From an uncultured Verrucomicrobiae bacterium (GTDB lineage: Bacteria; Verrucomicrobiota; Verrucomicrobiia; Chthoniobacterales; UBA10450), in contig CAVUGV010000018.1 of the NCBI GenBank assembly GCA_963741065.1, forward strand, positions 44,733 through 108,732: a stretch of DNA of 64,000 nucleotides. The letters are read 5' to 3'. Under the pieces are notes generated by a model, which ran no database searches, was not told where the DNA came from, and saw only the letters and a program-made list of their open reading frames with translations. The position numbers and the translations under genes were made by a program. Below are positions 50,330-59,400 of the stretch, piece by piece. Each line of letters starts with the position of its first letter. The first letter of the stretch is position 1.

Positions 50330-50916
50330 AAATCCTCCGGCTCTTCAGACATAAAAAACTCGCGGCTGCAACCGCACGCCGCGCCTCGGCTGCATCTGCG
50401 GGAATGGATTTCGGAGACATCCCCGAGCCAAACATGAAACTGTCGCGGGCGTTGCTCATAGTGTTGCTATTGCACGTGGTTGCCGTGTCGGGAATCATCG
50501 CGTTCAACGCAATCAAGACGCGAGAGAGTTCATTTGTACCCGGAATTCCAGCGAACACGGAAAACAGGACGGCGGGCACAGCGGGAACGCCAGTTCACGC
50601 GGACGGTGCCAAACCGCGCGATGGGGTGGCACGACAGGAAAGCGCGCCACCCCACGATGCAAAGCCTTCACATTCGCCTTCGAAAGACGAACACCCAAAG
50701 GCGCCCTCCTTCGCCAAGGCTACGGCGGACAAGCCTCCGTCTTCGGGAAAAACTTACATCGTAAAAAAAGGCGATAATCCCGTCACAATCGCAAAGAGAT
50801 TGAAGGTCTCTTACGATGATCTGCTGGCTCTGAACCACATTGAAGATCCCCACAAATTGCAGATCGGCCAAAGGCTTTTGATCCCGACGACAAACCAAAA
50901 GAAGAACAAGAAATGA
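50326..50916 (+). CDS. membrane-anchored LysM-domain protein
   Basis: ATGA overlap with murD. TM LSRALLIVLLLHVVAVSGIIAF, low-complexity linker, C-terminal LysM YIVKKGDNPVTIAKRLKVSYDDLLALNHIEDPHKLQIGQRLLIP. Confidence 0.7.
   Translation: MKILRLFRHKKLAAATARRASAASAGMDFGDIPEPNMKLSRALLIVLLLHVVAVSGIIAFNAIKTRESSFVPGIPANTENRTAGTAGTPVHADGAKPRDGVARQESAPPHDAKPSHSPSKDEHPKAPSFAKATADKPPSSGKTYIVKKGDNPVTIAKRLKVSYDDLLALNHIEDPHKLQIGQRLLIPTTNQKKNKK
50708..50738 (+). repeat. family-D short GC-rich repeat (CCTTCGCCAAGGCTACGGCGG..), copy D1, inside the LysM gene
   Basis: ccttcgccaaggctacggcggacaagcctcc, translated SFAKATADKPP. Confidence 0.7.
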
Positions 50917-50926
50917 AAATCGGTGT

Positions 50927-52081
50927 GTGAATCCAATTATGCATCGTAAGAGCGCCTATATCCTTTTCCTTGCAGTGCTGGCACTGCTGGTCATTGGGAT
51001 CGTCATGCTTTTTAGCACAAGCGCTTTTGCGCACGACAGTCACGGCGACGTTTATTTCTTCATTAAACGGCAGGCGATTTGGGTTGGGATTGGATTCGTA
51101 GTCTGCATCTTCGGCGCGCTGATCGACTATCACTTCTGGCGGCGGACATGGTGGCTTTGGTTCGCGTTGGCACTGGCGGCTCTGGCGCTTTGCTATGTTC
51201 CGCACATCGGAATGCGCCTCAATGGATCGCGCCGCTGGGTCGGCTGGGGCCCGGTCACTTTCCAGCCATCGGAACTGGCAAAGTTGGCCGCAATCTTTTT
51301 TCTCGCCGCCTGGTTTGCGCGATATGAACAACCGCACAGCAACGTGCTCTTTGGACTGATTCTTCCGCTCGCGATCATCAGCCTGCCGGCTGGGCTTGTG
51401 CTGGGCGAAGTCGATCTGGGCACAACGGCTTTGATCGGTACAACGGCGTTCGTCGTGATGTTCATTGCTGGCGCTAATCCTCTATGGCTCGGTGCTGTGT
51501 CGTTCGCCGGCCTGAGCGCTCTTCTCATTGTCGCTACCCAAATCTCCGAGCGAATGGGACGGCTCTCCGCTTTTCTTCATCCGGAGAATTTCAAAGAAGA
51601 TGCTGGCTTGCAGCAAATGCAGGCGTTGATCGCCTGGGGCAGCGGCGGAATGGAAGGCCTTGGCCTGGGCAACGGGCGCCAGAAGATGCTTTATCTGCCC
51701 TACGCGCACACTGATTTTATTTTTCCAATTATCGGTGAAGAGCTGGGGCTGCGGTTCAGCCTCCTCGTGGTTTTTTTATTCGTGGTGATAATTGTTTGCG
51801 GCATCATGATTGCGCTGCACGCGAAGGATCGTTTCGGATTGCTCCTCGGCTGCGGCGTTGTTTCGCTCCTTGCGTTACAGGCCGCAGTCAACATAGGCGT
51901 GACCACGTCGCTGCTGCCGAATAAGGGGTTGCCGCTGCCTTTTATCAGCTACGGCGGTTCGAATCTGGTCGCGTGCATGTTCGGCATCGGTTTGTTGCTG
52001 AACATCTATCGGCAGGGCATTCTAGAACCGCCGCAAAAGCGACACGCCACGATGCACGCTAGGTTAACACTGCGGATTTAG
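50927..52081 (+). CDS. ftsW: FtsW/RodA/SpoVE-family peptidoglycan polymerase
   Basis: Intact 384-aa ORF, about 10 TM. ..FQPSELAK.., ..LPYAHTDFIF..IGEELG.., ..GLPLPFISYGGS.. Confidence 0.9.
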   Translation: MNPIMHRKSAYILFLAVLALLVIGIVMLFSTSAFAHDSHGDVYFFIKRQAIWVGIGFVVCIFGALIDYHFWRRTWWLWFALALAALALCYVPHIGMRLNGSRRWVGWGPVTFQPSELAKLAAIFFLAAWFARYEQPHSNVLFGLILPLAIISLPAGLVLGEVDLGTTALIGTTAFVVMFIAGANPLWLGAVSFAGLSALLIVATQISERMGRLSAFLHPENFKEDAGLQQMQALIAWGSGGMEGLGLGNGRQKMLYLPYAHTDFIFPIIGEELGLRFSLLVVFLFVVIIVCGIMIALHAKDRFGLLLGCGVVSLLALQAAVNIGVTTSLLPNKGLPLPFISYGGSNLVACMFGIGLLLNIYRQGILEPPQKRHATMHARLTLRI

Positions 52082-52140
52082 ATGAGACTGATGAATCCTA
52101 TAAAGCCTGTGCGACAACCAAAAATCGAAAACCAACTTTC

Positions 52141-53238
52141 ATGAATGCAGTGATTGCATGCGGAGGAACCGGCGGCCATCTTTTCCCCGGCATCGCTGTG
52201 GCGGAAGTGCTGCACGATCGCGGCCACGAAGTGATGCTGCTCATTTCCGAGAAGGATATTGACGCTCTGGCGCTTTCGGGTCGCACAAATTTTCGAGTCG
52301 AAAAACTACCCAGCATTGGGCTGCCTTCGGCATTTTCTCCAGCATTCTTCGGATTCATTCGCCGCTTTTACGAAAGCTTGTCACTTTGCCGGTCTCTTTA
52401 CCGTAAATTCAAGCCTCAGGTAGTCCTCGGCATGGGCGGATTCACTTCCACTGCGCCGGTGCTGGCGGGACGGATACGCGGAATTGCCACCTTCATTCAC
52501 GAATCAAACGCCATTCCCGGAAAGGCAAACCGACTGACAGCGCGGGTAGTGAATGCCGTCATGCTCGGCTTCAAGGAATGCGCGCCCTTTTTTCCAAAAA
52601 CGCACACGGAAGTCACCGGCACGCCGGTCCGGACCGAACTGGTGCGTTTGGATCGGAAAGTTGCGCGCCAAAAACTTGGGCTACACGAAGATCTTCCGAC
52701 GTTGCTTGTGATGGGAGGCAGCCAGGGTGCGAGCGGAATTAATCAGGCGCTGATCAAATCGCTGCCATTCCTGCAAGGTGTGCCGCTCCAGGTGATCCAT
52801 CTTTCCGGCGCGCGCGATGAACGGTTGGTCGCAGATAACTATCGCCGCGAAAATATCCCCGCTTACGTCGCCGCTTTTCATCATCGGATGGAAGAAGTGT
52901 ACAGCGCCGCCGATCTCGTTGTCGCGCGAGCAGGCGCGGCCAGCTTGGCTGAGTTCGCAGCTTTTTCATTGCCCGGCATCCTGATTCCGTTTCCCTACGC
53001 CACCAATGATCATCAAACGCGTAACGCAGAAATTTATGCTCGCGCTCAGGCAGCGATTCTCCTCAAGGAGTCAGAGGTCTCTGGCGAATTGCTCGCACGT
53101 AAGATTCGCGAGTTGATCCAGGATCCGCAACTGATTCAGCAAATGGCTGCCAATTGTTCGCGTCTGGCGCCAAAAGATGCAGCTGGGCGCGTAGCAACGA
53201 CGATGGAGAAATACACGAGTCATGAACCCCGCGTTTAA
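52141..53238 (+). CDS. murG: undecaprenyldiphospho-muramoylpentapeptide beta-N-acetylglucosaminyltransferase
   Basis: Intact 365-aa ORF. ..ACGGTGGHLFPG.AVA.., ..GGSQGA.., ..RAGA.S..E.. Confidence 0.93.
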   Translation: MNAVIACGGTGGHLFPGIAVAEVLHDRGHEVMLLISEKDIDALALSGRTNFRVEKLPSIGLPSAFSPAFFGFIRRFYESLSLCRSLYRKFKPQVVLGMGGFTSTAPVLAGRIRGIATFIHESNAIPGKANRLTARVVNAVMLGFKECAPFFPKTHTEVTGTPVRTELVRLDRKVARQKLGLHEDLPTLLVMGGSQGASGINQALIKSLPFLQGVPLQVIHLSGARDERLVADNYRRENIPAYVAAFHHRMEEVYSAADLVVARAGAASLAEFAAFSLPGILIPFPYATNDHQTRNAEIYARAQAAILLKESEVSGELLARKIRELIQDPQLIQQMAANCSRLAPKDAAGRVATTMEKYTSHEPRV

Positions 53239-55552
53239 AGAATGCAGTGCGCCCGCCGATCGCGTCCCACCGCTCGACTTGTCGCACTTTCTGACGCGTG
53301 AACAGCACCGGATCCATCTTATTGGCGTGGCCGGAAGCGGCATGAGTGGCCTCGCTGGGCTTCTGATCGAGCTTGGGCACGCCGTGAGCGGCTCGGACAA
53401 GGCCACTAGTACGGAGACGGAGCGATTGCAGCGGCTAGGCCTGCGGTTTCATGAGCAGCATCGTCCGGAGCATGCGGGCGCCGCCGATCTTGTCGTTTGT
53501 TCCTCCGCAATCAAAGGCGACAATCCGATTCTTGTGGCCAGCCGCGATTCCGGTAAACCGGTCGTGCGTCGCGCGGAAGCTCTGGCTGCAATCATGAGTG
53601 CAAAGCGCGGGGTTGTTATCGCCGGAATGCACGGCAAAACGACTACCTCAGCTATGACTGCACACGTGTTGCGAGAAGGCGGACTCCATCCATCGCATTA
53701 TGTCGGCGCCGAAATTCCGCTTCTCGGAACGAACGCACACTGGGATTGGCGCGGCGAATATTTTGTTGCTGAGGGAGACGAAAGCGACGGCACCCTGCGC
53801 TGCTTTCGTCCCGAGCACTCACTTATTCTGAATATCGAGGAAGAGCACCTGGATTTTTATGCCGATCTGGCTGCGATTGAAAATGTCTTTGGGCAACTCA
53901 TCGATCAAACGAGCGGAACAGTCTTCTACAACATTGACGATCCCAACACGGCTCGATTGTGTGTGAAACGCAACAGCGCTGTCTCTTACGGATTTTCGGA
54001 GAATGCCCGTTATCGCGGCATCAATGTCGAGCTGCGGGACTTCGGCTCGGTTTTTTGCGTTTATCGGCGCGGCCAAAAACTCGGCCAAGCGACCCTTAAT
54101 GTTCCCGGAGAACACAACGTGCACAATGCCCTTGGCGTGATCGCACTCGCCTCCGAGCTTGGAATTCCATTTGAGAAGATTGCGGCTTCCCTCCGTAAAT
54201 TCGAGCACGCGCGGCGCCGGTTTGAGATCAAGTATGAGAGCGATCGTTTTTTGCTTGTTGACGATTACGCGCATCACCCCAGTGAAATTCGCGCTACGTT
54301 GAGGACCGCGCGAGGCACTGGTCGCAAACGGGTGCTGGCCATATTTCAACCTCATCGCTATTCCCGCACGAAAGCGCTGCGCAGCGAGTTTGGCTGTGCC
54401 TTTGATGAGGCTGATCGCGTGGTGGTCACAGATGTTTATCCTGCGAGCGAACCGCCGATCCCTGGAATCAGCGGGCAGACGATTGTCGATGAAATGGTGA
54501 AACACGGTCATCGTGCTGCGAGTTACCAGCCGCGGTTCGAGCACGTGCATTGGGGTATCGGCAACGCGCTCGATGCCGGCGATCTCGTGTTGAGTCTCGG
54601 TGCGGGCAACATTCACGAGCAATTGTCGATCCTGGCTGCGGATCTGGTGATTGCCGAAAAGTTAAAGGCGATTGTCGGCGAAGAAGGCGACGTCCGCCTT
54701 TACGAGCCGCTCTCGAAACACACGACGCTGCGCGTAGGCGGCCCAGCGCAATTTTGGGTCGAGCCGCGAGACGAAAAGGCTTTTTCGGACTTAATTCGGT
54801 TTTGCCGGGATGAAAACCTGCCGCTTTTCGCAATGGGTCGCGGATCGAATCTTCTTGTACGCGACGGTGGCATCCGTGGTGTGGTTGTTCATCCATGCGG
54901 CGGCGATTTCGACAAGATCGAGGTCAACAGCTCCGAAATCACCGCAGGCGCAGGTGTAAAGTTGAGGGAAGTTGCTTATGCGGCGCGCGCGGCAAATCTC
55001 GGCGGACTCGAATGGATGGAAGGAATCCCGGGCGTAATCGGTGGTGGGTTGCGCATGAACGCCGGCGCGATGGGCGCTCAAACTTTCGAGAGCGTGACGC
55101 GCATTCGCTATCTCGACGCCGAAGGCAATCCGCACGCCAGGAATCGAGATCAGCTTGAGGTCTTTTACCGGCGGTTTCCGTTGCTGGAAAATAATTTTGC
55201 GATTTCGGCGACATTCCGCGCGCAGCCGGCCGAGCGTGCAGCGATTGATGGTCGCTTGCGCGAATCGCAGGAGAAACGGCGCACCACTCAGCCAATCGCC
55301 AAGAGTGCAGGCTGTATTTTTAAGAACCCCGGCAGTATTCCGGCAGGAAAACTGGTGGATGAACTGGGGCTGAAGAATTCGCGTGTCGGAAATGCGCGCG
55401 TGTCGGAGGTGCACGGCAATTTCATCGTGAACGATGGCGGCGCGACCGCAGCGGAAATGCTTCAATTGATCGACAAGATACAAAGCGCGGCGCGGGCAAA
55501 ACGTGGGATCGAGTTGGAGACTGAAGTGGAAATTGTCGGGGAGCCTGGATGA
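53222..55552 (+). CDS. murC: fused UDP-N-acetylmuramate--L-alanine ligase / UDP-N-acetylenolpyruvoylglucosamine reductase (MurC-MurB)
   Basis: Single intact 776-aa ORF. MurC part (IGVAGSGMSGLA.., GMHGKTTT, ..DDYAHHP.EI..) to about residue 470. MurB part from ..LSKHTTLRVGGPA.., ..GRGSNLL.., ..AGCIFKNP... Confidence 0.9.
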   Translation: MNPAFKECSAPADRVPPLDLSHFLTREQHRIHLIGVAGSGMSGLAGLLIELGHAVSGSDKATSTETERLQRLGLRFHEQHRPEHAGAADLVVCSSAIKGDNPILVASRDSGKPVVRRAEALAAIMSAKRGVVIAGMHGKTTTSAMTAHVLREGGLHPSHYVGAEIPLLGTNAHWDWRGEYFVAEGDESDGTLRCFRPEHSLILNIEEEHLDFYADLAAIENVFGQLIDQTSGTVFYNIDDPNTARLCVKRNSAVSYGFSENARYRGINVELRDFGSVFCVYRRGQKLGQATLNVPGEHNVHNALGVIALASELGIPFEKIAASLRKFEHARRRFEIKYESDRFLLVDDYAHHPSEIRATLRTARGTGRKRVLAIFQPHRYSRTKALRSEFGCAFDEADRVVVTDVYPASEPPIPGISGQTIVDEMVKHGHRAASYQPRFEHVHWGIGNALDAGDLVLSLGAGNIHEQLSILAADLVIAEKLKAIVGEEGDVRLYEPLSKHTTLRVGGPAQFWVEPRDEKAFSDLIRFCRDENLPLFAMGRGSNLLVRDGGIRGVVVHPCGGDFDKIEVNSSEITAGAGVKLREVAYAARAANLGGLEWMEGIPGVIGGGLRMNAGAMGAQTFESVTRIRYLDAEGNPHARNRDQLEVFYRRFPLLENNFAISATFRAQPAERAAIDGRLRESQEKRRTTQPIAKSAGCIFKNPGSIPAGKLVDELGLKNSRVGNARVSEVHGNFIVNDGGATAAEMLQLIDKIQSAARAKRGIELETEVEIVGEPG

Positions 55553-55553
55553 T

Positions 55554-56514
55554 ATGAAAGATCTGCCAAGAAAAATTGCGGTTCTCATGGGAGGCCCCGG
55601 CTCCGAACGCGAGGTTTCACTTGCCACTGGGCGAGGGGTATCGAAGGCGCTTCGCTCGTTAGGCGCGGAGGTGGCGGAAATCGATGTGCGGGACAAGGAC
55701 TTCCAATTACCCAGCGATGTCGATCTTGCGTTCATTACGATTCACGGAACTTTCGGCGAAGACGGCCAGCTCCAGAGAATTCTGGAACGCCACGGCATCG
55801 CTTATACGGGTGAGGGAGTAAATGGAAGCGAGATCGCTTTCGACAAAATTCGGACAAAAGAAAAATTTCGGGAACATGGAGTAAGGACTCCTCTCTGGGA
55901 AGTAATTCATCCCGGTCAGCGCCCAACGTTTCCGTTGCCGATCGTCGTCAAGGCCCCACGGCAGGGATCAACGGTGGGCGTCGTGATCGTGAAAAGTGAA
56001 GGCGAAATCGAATCCGCGATTAGTGAAGCCGCAAAGTATGGCCGCGAATTGTTGATAGAAAAATTTGTGATCCGGTCGGGAATTGACCATAGGTATCCTC
56101 GGTGACCAAGCCTTGCCCATTCTCGAAATAATTCCCAAGGGCGGCTTTTACGATTTCAACAACAAGTATCCGTTTCTCAATCCGCAGGCGGGCGGCGGAG
56201 CAGAGCATGTTTGCCCGGCGAAGATCGACGCCGCAAAAACAAAAGAGATTCAGGAACTGGCGCTCCGCGCATTTCGCGCAGCGGGTCTGCAGGTGTACGC
56301 GCGCGTAGACGCAATTTTGTCTGAGAACGGGGAGCCGTTTATTCTGGAGATCAATACCATCCCTGGAATGACCGAGGCCAGCCTCCTGCCCGAGGCCGCG
56401 GCTGCAGCCGGGATCAGCTACGTCGATCTTTGCGCCCGCATTATCGCGCTCTCCCGCCTTCGCCAAGGCTACGGCGGGCAAGCTCGCGCCAGAACAGAAG
56501 GGAGCGGGAGATGA
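55554..56514 (+). CDS. ddl: D-alanine--D-alanine ligase (frame break near 56075-56100; C-terminal tail built on repeat D2)
   Basis: ..IAVLMGGPGSEREVSL.., ..HGTFGEDGQLQ.., ..VVKAPRQGSTVGV.., then GRELTIGILGDQALP.., ..ILEINTIPGMT..S..P in the second frame. Confidence 0.88.
56454..56483 (+). repeat. family-D repeat, copy D2, at the ddl 3' end
   Basis: ccgccttcgccaaggctacggcgggcaagc, translated RLRQGYGGQA. Lies beyond the point where Ddl homologs normally end. Confidence 0.7.
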
Positions 56515-57608
56515 GTCTTGGCCAAAGGAAATCCCGATCGCGCAACCGACGAGTGTCCAATGTCCGCCAGCGGCGTCAGCAGCACTTGCTCGACGTGAAG
56601 GTCCGTTCCCGCAGAGTGATACAGCATCGCATTCGAAGAGCCATGGGCGTGCTCTCCAGAGTAATTTTGCTCGCGGCGGTGCTCGGTGCCGTTTACGCGG
56701 GTGCGCGCGAAGCTGTAAGACGCCTCTTCTTTGAGAATCCGGATTATCAACTCAAGACAATTGAATTGCAGACTGACGGCACCTTGCAGCGTGAGCAGGT
56801 TTTGAAAGAAGCCGATCTGCGTGAAGGCGAAAATATTTTCAAGGTAAACCTGGCGCGCGTTCACGATCGGATACAGCAGCTTCCTCAGACCGACGAAGTC
56901 CAGGTGGTGCGAAAATTGCCGGGCGAAATCGATATTCGTGTGGTGGAACGAAAGCCCGTCGCCTGGATCACTAGCGAAAAAGAAATTTCCGATCCGTTTG
57001 CGTCGGATGCTGCTTTTTTGGTGGACGCGCGGGGCGCTTTGATGAAACAAAAGAAGTTGTTGCCGGAATATTTGGGATTGCCGCTCATTTTGGGATGCTC
57101 GAGCGAAGCGCTCGAGGCCGGAAAAGTTGTCGAATCCTCCGAGGCAAAAACAGCGCTGGAGTTGCTTCGTCTAAGCACGCGCAGCTCTTTGCAAATGCGC
57201 TTTCAGATTCGAGAGATCGATGTCTCGAAAGGTTATTGCCTGCTGGTAACGGACAAGAATCACGCGCGCGTGACGTTCGGGTTTAATGATCTGGACACGC
57301 AATTACGGCGACTGGAACATTTTCTTGTTTATTGTGATGACTCAAAGCAGGAACTCGGGACTGTAAACTTGCTTGTGCAACGGAATATTCCCGTCACTTT
57401 CGCTCAGCGTCCGGCAACTGTCATTAACGATACGATCGAGCCCGCTGTGGAGCCGCGCATCATGAAGGCAATCCCTGTGCACGCCCCCGAGACCCGCCTT
57501 AGCCAAGGCTCCGGCGGGCAGGAACCTGTGCCGTCAGCTCCGAAAACCCGCGCTGATTCAGGCGTTCCTCCCAAGGCAATTCCCAGCCACCAAAAGAAAA
57601 CGGATTAA
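56511..57608 (+). CDS. ftsQ: cell division protein FtsQ (POTRA domain)
   Basis: ATGA overlap with ddl. Basic N-terminus, TM VLSRVILLAAVLGAVYAG, POTRA-like ..IELQTDGTLQREQVL..., FtsQ-type domain. Canonical position. Confidence 0.75.
   Translation: MSLGQRKSRSRNRRVSNVRQRRQQHLLDVKVRSRRVIQHRIRRAMGVLSRVILLAAVLGAVYAGAREAVRRLFFENPDYQLKTIELQTDGTLQREQVLKEADLREGENIFKVNLARVHDRIQQLPQTDEVQVVRKLPGEIDIRVVERKPVAWITSEKEISDPFASDAAFLVDARGALMKQKKLLPEYLGLPLILGCSSEALEAGKVVESSEAKTALELLRLSTRSSLQMRFQIREIDVSKGYCLLVTDKNHARVTFGFNDLDTQLRRLEHFLVYCDDSKQELGTVNLLVQRNIPVTFAQRPATVINDTIEPAVEPRIMKAIPVHAPETRLSQGSGGQEPVPSAPKTRADSGVPPKAIPSHQKKTD
57493..57522 (+). repeat. family-D repeat, diverged copy D3, in the ftsQ C-terminal tail
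   Basis: cccgccttagccaaggctccggcgggcagg, translated RLSQGSGGQE. Confidence 0.6.
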
Positions 57609-57613
57609 CAACG

Positions 57614-58822
57614 ATGGCGAGCAACAATTTGATGGTCGGTCTTGAGATTGGCACCTCCAAAATCTGCGTGGTCGTCGGGGAAAGCCGCACAGATGGCACT
57701 CTCAAAATTCTCGGTGTCGGCCAGACGCCGTCGCGCGGCGTGCGTAAGGGCGAGATTGTTGATTTTGAAACCGCGATGAAATGCGTGCACGAAGCAGTGG
57801 TCGATGCCGAGCAGAAAAGCGACGTGATGATCCGCAGTGTTTACGTTTCTGTCGCCGGGTCGCATCTGCAAAGTTTCAATAATCGCGGATGCGTGATGCT
57901 GCCCGAGGATCGCGATGAAATTGATGAGCAGGATGTCGAGGACGTGAAAATTAATGCGCGCGAGGTGAGTATTCCGGCGCAAAACGCGTTCCTGCATTCC
58001 ATCATTCAACATTACCATGTGGGTGGACAGAACGGCGTGCTGAACCCGATTGGCATGTTGGGTCAAAAATTGGAAGCCGATTTTCATATCATCCACGGCG
58101 TGCGCACGCGTATTCAAAATACCATCCGCTGCGTGAAAGAGCTGCCGCTGGACGTGGAGGACGTTGTTTTTGGCGGACTCGCTTCCGCGCAGGTGGTGCT
58201 CACCCAGCATGAAAAGGATCTTGGCGCGCTAGTGATCGATATTGGCGGCGGGACGACGGATTACGTGTTGTATGCCGACGGCGCAGTGAAACAAAGCGGT
58301 TGCCTGGCCGTGGGCGGCGACCACATCACAAACGATATCTCCATGGGGCTGCGCATCCCGATGGCGCGCGCGGAGAAATTAAAGATTGAAGAGGGCAGTT
58401 GCATCCTCGGCAATTGTTTGCCTGGCGAAATGATTTTGTTAAAGGACGATTCAGGGTTCGCTGGAAAAGAGATCGATCGGGAAACGCTGAACACGATCAT
58501 TCACCTGCGTATGCGCGAAGGCCTCGAGCTGCTCAAGCGCAGGCTCGAAGAGCAGCCGTATCTCAACTATCTCGGAGCCGGCATTTTCATTACTGGCGGT
58601 TGCAGCCTTCTTAACGGTATCGACCATCTAGTAGAGGAAATTTTCGAAATACCTGCGCACCTGGCGCACGCGCAGACAACATGGGGCGTAACGTCCGCAG
58701 TGGAGGATCCCCAGTTCTCGACGGCGATCGGCCTGGTCAAGTTCGCACAAGTGATGCAAACGGATCGGCCGCGGCGGGGATTCGGCCGGATGATCGGAAG
58801 ATTTTTCAGCGGAATGCGATGA
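57614..58822 (+). CDS. ftsA: cell division protein FtsA
   Basis: Intact 402-aa ORF. ..VGLEIGTSKICVVVGE.., ..VIDIGGGTTD.., ..ITGG... Confidence 0.93.
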   Translation: MASNNLMVGLEIGTSKICVVVGESRTDGTLKILGVGQTPSRGVRKGEIVDFETAMKCVHEAVVDAEQKSDVMIRSVYVSVAGSHLQSFNNRGCVMLPEDRDEIDEQDVEDVKINAREVSIPAQNAFLHSIIQHYHVGGQNGVLNPIGMLGQKLEADFHIIHGVRTRIQNTIRCVKELPLDVEDVVFGGLASAQVVLTQHEKDLGALVIDIGGGTTDYVLYADGAVKQSGCLAVGGDHITNDISMGLRIPMARAEKLKIEEGSCILGNCLPGEMILLKDDSGFAGKEIDRETLNTIIHLRMREGLELLKRRLEEQPYLNYLGAGIFITGGCSLLNGIDHLVEEIFEIPAHLAHAQTTWGVTSAVEDPQFSTAIGLVKFAQVMQTDRPRRGFGRMIGRFFSGMR

Positions 58823-59334
58823 CAATGAAGCACCAAGCTCCAACATCCAAGCACCAGAGAATTTCCAAGCAGCAAGCTGGGAAAGCCCCAAAGCGGCGTA
58901 ATGTAACCTTCAAGTACCCGGCAGTGTCGGACAGCACACTAGTTTTGAATGAGGCTCCAAACGGAAAAGAAGCCTCGAAGCATCCATTTGACTTGGAAGA
59001 GCGCACGGCGCGATTCGGCGAAGCAATCGTCCGCTTCTCGAAAAGGATTCCACGTAACCCCACAAATGATCGCTTAATTGATCAGTTGGTTGGGTGTGGA
59101 ACGAGTATTGGTGGAAACTACTGCGAAGCCAACGAGAGCGTTTCGAAAAAGGATTTTCGCCACATGATTTCTCGTTGCGTAAAGGAATCGAAGGAAACGA
59201 AATTCTTTCTTCGAATGCTTGCCGCTGCCGAACCGCAGCTTGCCGACGAAGCGCGCGACCATTATCGCGAGGCAAAGGAGTTGCATCTGATTTTCGCGAG
59301 CATTTTTCGGAAAACTAAGGGCCAGGCTTCATGA
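58819..59334 (+). CDS. four-helix-bundle protein (TIGR02436 / 23S rRNA intervening-sequence protein family); true start probably downstream
   Basis: Core ..FDLEERTARFGEAIVRFSKRIPRNPTNDRLIDQLVGCGTSIGGNYCEANESVSKKDFRHMISRCVKESKETKFFLRML.. fits the family pattern (..QL.R...SI..N..EA......DF......KE..ET..WL). Confidence 0.7.
   Translation: MTMKHQAPTSKHQRISKQQAGKAPKRRNVTFKYPAVSDSTLVLNEAPNGKEASKHPFDLEERTARFGEAIVRFSKRIPRNPTNDRLIDQLVGCGTSIGGNYCEANESVSKKDFRHMISRCVKESKETKFFLRMLAAAEPQLADEARDHYREAKELHLIFASIFRKTKGQAS
58831..58868. repeat. left 38-nt terminal inverted repeat of the four-helix-bundle cassette
   Basis: caccaagctccaacatccaagcaccagagaatttccaa. 31 of 38 positions match the reverse complement of 59356-59393. 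Confidence 0.75.
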
Positions 59335-59355
59335 GTGTGGCCACTGATTTGAGAT

Positions 59356-59393
59356 TTGGAGATTCTCTGGATGTTGGAATTTGGAGGTTGGTG
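59356..59393. repeat. right 38-nt terminal inverted repeat of the four-helix-bundle cassette
   Basis: ttggagattctctggatgttggaatttggaggttggtg. Ends 7 nt before the ftsZ start. Confidence 0.75.
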
Positions 59394-59400
59394 ATTAAAT

